Positions 7,905-14,002 of a stretch of 16,015 nt of DNA are shown one piece after another. The notes under the pieces are model-generated. The model saw only the letters and a program-made list of their open reading frames with translations. It was not told the DNA's origin and made no database searches. The translations under genes and the position numbers were made by a program. Position 1 is the stretch's first letter; each line of letters starts with the position of its first letter. The stretch comes from an uncultured Alphaproteobacteria bacterium (GTDB lineage Bacteria; Pseudomonadota; Alphaproteobacteria; Rs-D84): contig CALXXY010000013.1 of assembly GCA_944392815.1 (NCBI GenBank), positions 1-16,015 of the forward strand. Reading direction: 5' to 3'.

Positions 7905-8770
7905 CCTATATTTTTGTATTATTGTTTATTATCATAGTACTGTTAATCGTGCTGTTGTTGCGGCGGCCAACTGTGGATATTTCCAGTTTACGCGAAGATA
8001 ACGCCCGCCTGCGCGAACGGTTGGCGGAACGGTTGGGCGCACTGAGCCAAAACGCCATCGAATTAAAAAATATCAGTGCGGATATTGCCAATTTTAAAAA
8101 TATTTTAATGGGAAATAAACAGGCACGCGGGACTTTTGGCGAACGGCAACTGGCTGATTTGGTGGCCGACATTATGCCGCCGGACACGTATTCTTTTCAA
8201 ACTGTGTTGGATACGGGCGTGCGGCCGGATTGTATTATACGGTTGCCATATCCGCCGGGCGATATGATTATCGACAGCAAATTCCCATTGGAAAGTTATA
8301 CCCGCATGACGGAATTAAACGATGACGGGGCGCGCAAACAATTTGAATTGGACGTACGTAAACATATTGACGCAATCGCAGACAAATATATTATCGCGGG
8401 AAAAACTGCGGAATCGGCAATGATGTTTATTGCATCGGAATCTATATTTGAAACGCTGCACAGGGATTTTCCAGGTATTGTTGATTATGCCGCGCGACGT
8501 AAAGTGTTTATTGTGTCGCCTGCGACATTGTGGGCAACATTGAACACCATACGCGCGGTGTTGTCGGATATAAAAATCAAACGCGTGGCGGACAAAATCA
8601 AACGCGAATTGGAATTGTTGCTGACGGATTTGGGACGATTGGCTGATCGCGCCGGCAAAGTGCAACAGCATTTTTCATTGGCGGCAACCGACATAGAACA
8701 ATTGCAAACGTCAATTGGTAAAATCACGCCCCGCGCAGAAAAACTGCGTGATATGGATTTTGAATCGTGA
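7898..8770 (+). CDS. rmuC: DNA recombination protein RmuC family (290 aa, short coiled coil)
   Basis: N-terminal TM helix, NKQARGTFGERQL, RPDCIIRLP, IIDSKFPLESY, HIDAIADKYI, MFIASES, VSPATL. Confidence 0.92.
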   Translation: MTTYIFVLLFIIIVLLIVLLLRRPTVDISSLREDNARLRERLAERLGALSQNAIELKNISADIANFKNILMGNKQARGTFGERQLADLVADIMPPDTYSFQTVLDTGVRPDCIIRLPYPPGDMIIDSKFPLESYTRMTELNDDGARKQFELDVRKHIDAIADKYIIAGKTAESAMMFIASESIFETLHRDFPGIVDYAARRKVFIVSPATLWATLNTIRAVLSDIKIKRVADKIKRELELLLTDLGRLADRAGKVQQHFSLAATDIEQLQTSIGKITPRAEKLRDMDFES

Positions 8771-8773
8771 TAA

Positions 8774-8807
8774 TAGAGTGTAGAGTGAAGAGTATAGAGT
8801 GTAGATG
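8774..8807. repeat. Short tandem heptamer repeat (TAGAGTG, about 4.5 units)
   Basis: TAGAGTG TAGAGTG AAGAGTA TAGAGTG TAGATGT directly after the rmuC stop. Confidence 0.85.
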
Positions 8808-8811
8808 TTGT

Positions 8812-8841
8812 CTGCGGGCGGTACGCCCGCAGTGCTTTTTT
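8812..8841 (+). terminator. Intrinsic terminator of rmuC
   Basis: Stem CTGCGGGCG-gta-CGCCCGCAG followed by TGC and T6. Confidence 0.7.
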
Positions 8842-8903
8842 ATTTACTGGATCGCCACGCTTTGCTCGCGATAACAATGGGGACTAAGTGCGTGTTCTTT
8901 AAA

Positions 8904-8958
8904 TCTCTGACCACCCTGCCCTAGCCACCCACGCGACACGTCGCGCGGGGCCCGGTGT
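8904..8958. repeat. 55-bp GC-rich direct repeat, copy 1, containing a hairpin element at 8925-8955
   Basis: 54/55 identical to 9218-9272; similarity extends about 19 bp upstream (14/19). Confidence 0.95.
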
Positions 8959-9003
8959 GGCGGTGGGCATTCTGCTTGGTTATTGTTCGGACATGCTCTC
9001 CCC

Positions 9004-9187
9004 TGTCATTCCCGCGCCCGGGGTCCCCGCAAACACGAATGTGTTTGTGGGGTGGACAAGGCGGGAATAGGGTCTATAAAATTCGTATCGCAGATTTCAT
9101 AATAATAAAAACGCGATACAGAATTATTCCCCCAATTAAATAACTAATAACAACCCAAGCCCTATTCCCGCCTGCGCGGGAATGACA
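9004..9187. repeat. Inverted pair of dRS3/RPE-like palindromes (GTCATTCCCGCGCAGGCGGGAAT) flanking an AT-rich spacer; left arm interrupted by a 41-bp insert
   Basis: 9004-9017 joined to 9059-9072 is the exact reverse complement of 9160-9187 (28/28). The core ATTCCC-N8-GGGAAT is the Neisseria dRS3 consensus. Confidence 0.9.
9018..9058. mobile_element. 41-bp miniature hairpin insertion element (putative, non-autonomous)
   Basis: Removing it restores the host palindrome. It has a 12-bp stem CCCCGCAAACAC-gaat-GTGTTTGTGGGG, and its ends match the hairpins at 8925-8955 and 9239-9269 in opposite orientation. Confidence 0.6.
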
Positions 9188-9217
9188 AGTTCAGAGAGTA
9201 AGTGTTTTTTCTTGAAT

Positions 9218-9296
9218 TCTCTGACCACCCCGCCCTAGCCACCCACGCGACACGTCGCGCGGGGCCCGGTGTTCGCCCACCCCTCCAATGGAGGGG
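9218..9296. repeat. 55-bp direct repeat copy 2 (9218-9272) followed by the hairpin CCCCTCC-aat-GGAGGGG (9280-9296)
   Basis: Direct comparison with 8904-8958; perfect 7-bp terminal stem. Confidence 0.92.
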
Positions 9297-9336
9297 AACT
9301 TTATTCCGCGACGGGACGATAACAAATAATACCGAA

Positions 9337-9582
9337 TTATGATTTTGATTTTTTCTGCAGGATTTTTTGCTGCAGTTCTAAAATTTTTGTCTCGCGATTT
9401 TTTATCGTTTCAATTAATCGATTGTTTTCCAGTCGTAATTTTTCTAAATCCTGGCGATTGACCAAAATTTCATTCGACAGACGGCGCGTTTTTTGGCGAT
9501 GAAACATTAACATTATCAACGCGCCAATTACTGCGCCCGCAACGCCGACTGTTAAATCATATAAAACGTCCGTTATAACCAT
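9337..9582 (-). CDS. Hypothetical single-pass membrane protein with C-terminal coiled coil (81 aa)
   Basis: TM segment LTVGVAGAVIGALIMLMF followed by basic residues and heptad Leu/Ile spacing (LEKLRLENNRLIETIKNRETKILELQQKIL). TATAAT lies 6 nt upstream of the ATG. Confidence 0.75.
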   Translation of the reverse strand: MVITDVLYDLTVGVAGAVIGALIMLMFHRQKTRRLSNEILVNRQDLEKLRLENNRLIETIKNRETKILELQQKILQKKSKS

Positions 9583-9617
9583 GTGATGATTATAACGGAC
9601 GCAATTTAATTTTGCAC
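9561..9617 (-). promoter_or_regulatory. Overlapping terminator-like hairpin (after the HAD gene) and leaderless promoter of the 81-aa ORF
   Basis: Perfect 12-bp inverted repeat CGTCCGTTATAA (9567-9578) / TTATAACGGACG (9590-9601) followed by TTTTAT on the minus strand. Also GTGCAA (9617-9612), N17, TATAAT (9594-9589), N6, ATG. Confidence 0.6.
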
Positions 9618-10219
9618 TAGGCGGATTTTCTTAATCCTGTGTTTCTGTCCACCCAAACCTGTTCGCCGGCAATTTCCATTATCGGCAAATCATGTTTGCT
9701 GTCAGAATATGCGCGGACAACACGCGGTATCATATGATTTTTTTTCGCCCATTCGTCCATAGCAATGACTTTGTTTTTACCCCAGCACAAAAATTCATAT
9801 TTCCACGGTTTATTTGCGTCCATACGCGAACACAGAACTGCGTCGAATTTCATATCATGCACCAGGTGCGGGATTAAATAATCTGGACTGGCCGTGACCA
9901 ATATAACCGTGCGGCCGTCGGCGCGTTCTTTGGCCACCTGGTCGCGGGACCAGCCAAAGCGTTCACGACGATGTTGGCGTATAAAATCACGTGAAAATTT
10001 ATTTACCATGTCGGTGGTTAAAAAACGGCGCATGGCCTGGCGCCACCAGATTCCGCCCGGGTTAAACATGCGCGCAATTGCCGCCACACCCATCAGTGGT
10101 AAAAACAACCATGGACGCACAGAATGCCGAAAACAATATTTGGCAAATTGCACATTGGTGTCATATCCAGACAATGTCCCATCAAAATCAAAAACGACTA
10201 TGTCTTCTTTTTTTAACAT
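9617..10219 (-). CDS. HAD-superfamily phosphatase (subfamily IB/IF, resembles PgpC/YfhB-type lipid phosphatases; 200 aa)
   Basis: Motif I VVFDFDGTL, motif II VTASP, motif III K (CWGKNK), motif IV AYSDSKHD, and a hydrophobic segment in the cap. Start at 10219 with AAAGGA RBS. Confidence 0.88.
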   Translation of the reverse strand: MLKKEDIVVFDFDGTLSGYDTNVQFAKYCFRHSVRPWLFLPLMGVAAIARMFNPGGIWWRQAMRRFLTTDMVNKFSRDFIRQHRRERFGWSRDQVAKERADGRTVILVTASPDYLIPHLVHDMKFDAVLCSRMDANKPWKYEFLCWGKNKVIAMDEWAKKNHMIPRVVRAYSDSKHDLPIMEIAGEQVWVDRNTGLRKSA

Positions 10220-10244
10220 ATATAATCCTTTTGTGAATGTGGGG

Positions 10245-10274
10245 ATTATAGCAATGTTTTTGCCAAAAATGCAA
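10245..10274 (-). promoter_or_regulatory. Promoter of the HAD gene (extended -10)
   Basis: Minus strand TTGCAT (10274-10269), N18, TATAAT (10250-10245) preceded by TGn. Confidence 0.55.
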
Positions 10275-10304
10275 TAAAAATGGGGCACACGCCCCATTTT
10301 TATT
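10273..10304 (-). terminator. Intrinsic terminator of the RND operon
   Basis: AATAAAAATGGGGC-acac-GCCCCATTTTTATT, a perfect 14-bp inverted repeat overlapping the RND stop codon, with T-tracts in both directions. Confidence 0.85.
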
Positions 10305-13300
10305 TGCGGTCACGCCATTGTTTTATTTTCGCGCGTCCCCGTTCCACCAGGAAAAACAGCGCAGGCGTCAGCACGAATGTAAATACCATACTGGCGAACA
10401 TACCCCCTATCATGACGGCGGCCATGGCGACCTTCATACCGTCGCCCGCCCATAATTGAGGCACCATACCAGTCATGACCGCGATGGACGTCATCAATAT
10501 CATGGACTGTTTATCTTTCAATTCTGTCCACAGGGCGTCGTATGGTTTTTCCCCATTTGCAATTCGGCCAACAGTTGGTTCCAGAACCAAAATGTTATTG
10601 TTCACCACCAACCCCACCAACATAACGCATGCCAACATAGCACCAACGTTCATGGACGCGCCGGACAAAAACATCAACGCAAACACACCTGCAAAACTGG
10701 TGACAATGGATGTCGCAATCGTGAATGGGTGCGCCAGCGAATTCAATATGGCGGCCAACAACATATATGTCAGGATAATAGCCAACATAAATGCGTTTCC
10801 GATTTCTGTGGTCGTTTCGCCCTGGATTTCAGACATACCGCCAAAATCCACACCATAGCCGGATTCCCAATCTATTTTGGCAATTGCGGCCTGGATTTTT
10901 TTCTGGACTGGGCCCATTGTGGATTTACCGATTGTCACATCGATTTCAGTAATACGATTTTTATCAATACGCATGATGTCTGGCGTTGCAACAACTGTGC
11001 GAATTTCGCCCAATTCAGACAAAGGCACCATTCCACGTTGGGAATTTACAAACACGCTGTCAAACATATCCATGCTTTTAAACGGTTTGGCAAATTCCAG
11101 AACGATTGGATATTCTTCGCCGTTTTCTTTGTATTTATAATCATCGTTTCCGTACAGCGCAGTACGCAAAGTCAACCCGGCGTATGAATTATTAATACCC
11201 CATGAATTCATTTTGTCTTCGTCTGGGACAAATTGAGTTTCCATGGCCGGTTTTTGCTGTGCCAGAACGGCCGATTGCACTTCGGGTATTTGGTTAATCA
11301 TATCCAAAACCTGGTTCGCGTACGCACTGCGTTTGGCGTCGTCAGACCCGTATACGTTCAAAACGATGTCTGCATTTGACGATCCTGTGGAAATAGCCGC
11401 ACCGGCACTGACCTGGATTTCTACATCGGGTATTTGCGCCAACACAGGCACGATGTCGCGGGCGATTTCCTGGTCAGATTTGCTGCGGTCCGCAACATCA
11501 CGCAGTGTTAATTTTACCGCGATATTTTGCAACCCACGATCGCCGATTTTAACGGACACATCTGTGATGTCATCAAACTGTGCCAGTTTTTGTTCGATTT
11601 GTTCCGCGATTGCTGTGGATTTTTCGTATGTCGAACCCATCGGTGCACGTGCCGTAATATTGATTTCGTTTGTGTCTGTTGATGGTGCAAATTCATTACC
11701 AACAAATCCCATCAACATAGACGACCCCACCAATACAGCAATTGCCATCACAACCACACGCCATGGGTGTGCGTGCTGATAATTATACCAACGACGCATG
11801 CGGGACGGACGTTTTTGGGCGCCGCGGTTGTCCACCACAGTTGCACGAACTGTTTTTACATTCTGGGACTTTTGGGATTTTTTAGATTTTTTATTATCCG
11901 TTAACCGCAGAATTTTTGCAATCATCATCGGCGTCAATGTGAACGAAAACAGCAACGACAGCAACGTCAAATACACAACAGTCAAACCGAACTGATTCAT
12001 GAATTGACCCGCTATGCCGCCCATAAACGCCAGTGGTAAAAACACCACAACGTTTGTGCCAACACCCGCCAGAACCGACACGGCGACTTTTTTAGTACCG
12101 TCGACGGCGGCGTCTTCGGGATTTTTGCCGCTGCGCATTTCTTGCAGTGATGATTCTATCAAAATAATAGCGTTCGACACCAATGTCCCCAATGCGGACG
12201 AATACGCCAACAATGTTAATGCGTTAATTGTAAAATTACTGGCGTCCATAAAGAAAAATCCAGCAATCAATGACGCAGGTATCACAACGCCTGCGATAAT
12301 TGTTGAACGCCAATTGCGTGTAAATGCCAACAATACCAAAACTGTAAATACTATCCCCAGGATAATGCCTTCGATAGTGCTGTACGTTTCGTCGGCAATT
12401 GCCGTTGATGTATCTGAAATAATTTCCATTTGCGCGTCTGGAAATTCAGATTGTAAATTCGCGGTTAATTCCGGCAATTGTTCATGCAATGCACGCGACA
12501 CATTAATCGCATTACCGTCGGACGATTTAACAACCGACGCAATAATAACGTCGCGCCCATTATAACGTGCACCGTTTTCTAAATCGCGCGCAGCGTCGGT
12601 GACTGTGGCAATATCTGATAATTTAAAACGTTGGCCTTCGACTGTGGTTAATTGCAGGTTGGCAATTTCATCAACGCTGGAAAATTCGCCAACAAAACGA
12701 ACATTGGACGAATTCGCACCAAATTCGATTTTCCCGCCCGGGACATTTAAATTGCGCGCACCCAATGCAGATACTACGTCCATTACCGTCGCACCACGCG
12801 CCGCCAATAATTCAGGATTCATTGCAATGCGGACTGCACGTGTTTTGCCACCGAACACATCAACACTGGCAACACCGGGAATGGCGGTGATTTGATTGGA
12901 CAGCGTGTCGTCAACGTATTCCTGTAAATCACGCAGATTTTCACCCGTCACCATGATATCAACAACGGGCTGTTCCAATGGGTTTAATTTTTCAACAACA
13001 GGTTGTTCCATGTCTGTTGGGAATTCAGACACCAATGCGTCCAGTTTAGTTTTTACTTCGCTGGCTTTGTCATTAACATCGACCCCGATATTAAATTCAG
13101 CCATGACAAATCCGCCGTTTTCAAATGCCTGGGACGTAATTTTTTTAATTTCAGATACTTCGGATATTGCGTCTTCGGCGCGTTTGATAACCTGGGATTC
13201 GATTTCAGCCGGCGCAGCACCCGGGTATATGAATGTAGCCGTCACCATGGGCAATTCAACCGACGGCGTACGTTCAATGTTCATTTTTGGAAACGACACA

Positions 13301-13371
13301 AAACCCAACACAACCCAGAACAACACAAACATAACTGTCGTGACAGGTCTGCGCACAAAAAACTTTAACAT
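10300..13371 (-). CDS. RND (AcrB/AcrD/AcrF family) transporter permease subunit with atypical proton-relay residues (1023 aa)
   Basis: FFVRRPV N-terminus, YPGAAPAEIESQV, IPGVASVDVFGG, NLNVPGG, VVFLP, TLTPMM, YMLLAA..NS..HPF, ILMTS, and the two-fold 1+5 TM layout with large periplasmic loops. Confidence 0.93.
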   Translation of the reverse strand: MLKFFVRRPVTTVMFVLFWVVLGFVSFPKMNIERTPSVELPMVTATFIYPGAAPAEIESQVIKRAEDAISEVSEIKKITSQAFENGGFVMAEFNIGVDVNDKASEVKTKLDALVSEFPTDMEQPVVEKLNPLEQPVVDIMVTGENLRDLQEYVDDTLSNQITAIPGVASVDVFGGKTRAVRIAMNPELLAARGATVMDVVSALGARNLNVPGGKIEFGANSSNVRFVGEFSSVDEIANLQLTTVEGQRFKLSDIATVTDAARDLENGARYNGRDVIIASVVKSSDGNAINVSRALHEQLPELTANLQSEFPDAQMEIISDTSTAIADETYSTIEGIILGIVFTVLVLLAFTRNWRSTIIAGVVIPASLIAGFFFMDASNFTINALTLLAYSSALGTLVSNAIILIESSLQEMRSGKNPEDAAVDGTKKVAVSVLAGVGTNVVVFLPLAFMGGIAGQFMNQFGLTVVYLTLLSLLFSFTLTPMMIAKILRLTDNKKSKKSQKSQNVKTVRATVVDNRGAQKRPSRMRRWYNYQHAHPWRVVVMAIAVLVGSSMLMGFVGNEFAPSTDTNEINITARAPMGSTYEKSTAIAEQIEQKLAQFDDITDVSVKIGDRGLQNIAVKLTLRDVADRSKSDQEIARDIVPVLAQIPDVEIQVSAGAAISTGSSNADIVLNVYGSDDAKRSAYANQVLDMINQIPEVQSAVLAQQKPAMETQFVPDEDKMNSWGINNSYAGLTLRTALYGNDDYKYKENGEEYPIVLEFAKPFKSMDMFDSVFVNSQRGMVPLSELGEIRTVVATPDIMRIDKNRITEIDVTIGKSTMGPVQKKIQAAIAKIDWESGYGVDFGGMSEIQGETTTEIGNAFMLAIILTYMLLAAILNSLAHPFTIATSIVTSFAGVFALMFLSGASMNVGAMLACVMLVGLVVNNNILVLEPTVGRIANGEKPYDALWTELKDKQSMILMTSIAVMTGMVPQLWAGDGMKVAMAAVMIGGMFASMVFTFVLTPALFFLVERGRAKIKQWRDRK

Positions 13372-13400
13372 GATAAATCCCCCTGTTATTGATAGAACAA

Positions 13401-14000
13401 TTATTTATTTACAATTTGAACCTTGGCACCGGCGTCAACGTGCGACAAAATCACCACGTCACCGTCATTCAGCCCGTTAACCAACGCAGTTTGCGCGTCT
13501 GTTCGCACTATATCCACCGCACGTGGTGTGGCCGTACCGTTGATATCCAGCATGACTGTGCCGTCACTGATGGCGTACAATGGAATAAAATATCCGTCTG
13601 CGTCAAATTCAGCGTATTGCAATCCGTCCGCTGCGCCACGTGTGCGAACAATGTGCATGCCTGTATTTAAATCGACATTTTGCGCCACGGACACTATTTC
13701 GCCGTCGCCGACACGCTGGCCTGGTTTTAATTTATCAACACGCACAGACGACACCAATGCACGATTATTTTTTATTTCAATCGGTTCGCGTAATGTTCCC
13801 GTTTCATTCGTGACGGTCATCGCATATACCGGCGCACCAACATCTGCGGCATATCGCGCAGGATTAAATACCGCACGCGCGTTTTCTGCACCGATGGCCG
13901 CGAAACGAAATATAACCCAACCGATTAACGCGACCAAACATGTGCCGTATACGGCTGTTTTTATTTTTTCTGATTTTAATTGCAACTTGATTTTTTCCAT
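13401..14000 (-). CDS. Truncated periplasmic adaptor (membrane fusion protein-like, 199 aa)
   Basis: N-terminal TM anchor, beta-barrel-like LKPGQRV..GEIVSVAQNVDLNTG, and a membrane-proximal-domain tail FIPLYAI...GTATPRAV...GLNDGDVVI....AGAKVQI. Lies between tolC and RND. Confidence 0.8.
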   Translation of the reverse strand: MEKIKLQLKSEKIKTAVYGTCLVALIGWVIFRFAAIGAENARAVFNPARYAADVGAPVYAMTVTNETGTLREPIEIKNNRALVSSVRVDKLKPGQRVGDGEIVSVAQNVDLNTGMHIVRTRGAADGLQYAEFDADGYFIPLYAISDGTVMLDINGTATPRAVDIVRTDAQTALVNGLNDGDVVILSHVDAGAKVQIVNK

Positions 14001-14002
14001 TT

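Noticed and set aside
3714-8770. comEC plus rmuC as a dedicated transformation or recombination island
   Set aside because: They are separated by housekeeping genes and have separate promoters, and no other competence genes are present; proximity alone is not evidence.
8485-8877. 130-aa minus-strand ORF with TLYTLHSTLY
   Set aside because: Antisense to rmuC; the periodic peptide is just the translated heptamer repeat.
8955-9143. 62-aa ORF in the repeat island
   Set aside because: GTG start inside a repeat, no RBS, and it reads through palindromic elements; most likely incidental.
8885-9296. Possible CRISPR array
   Set aside because: Only two long direct repeats 314 bp apart, no regular repeat-spacer periodicity, and no cas genes in the window.
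11863-11889. Three imperfect 9-bp units encoding KSK-KSQ-KSQ in the RND central loop
   Set aside because: In-frame low-complexity linker variation, too short and degenerate to imply phase variation.
10300-14000. RND and adaptor as pseudogenes
   Set aside because: No stops or frameshifts, intact termini and RBS/coupling, and a promoter, candidate operator and terminator are all present.
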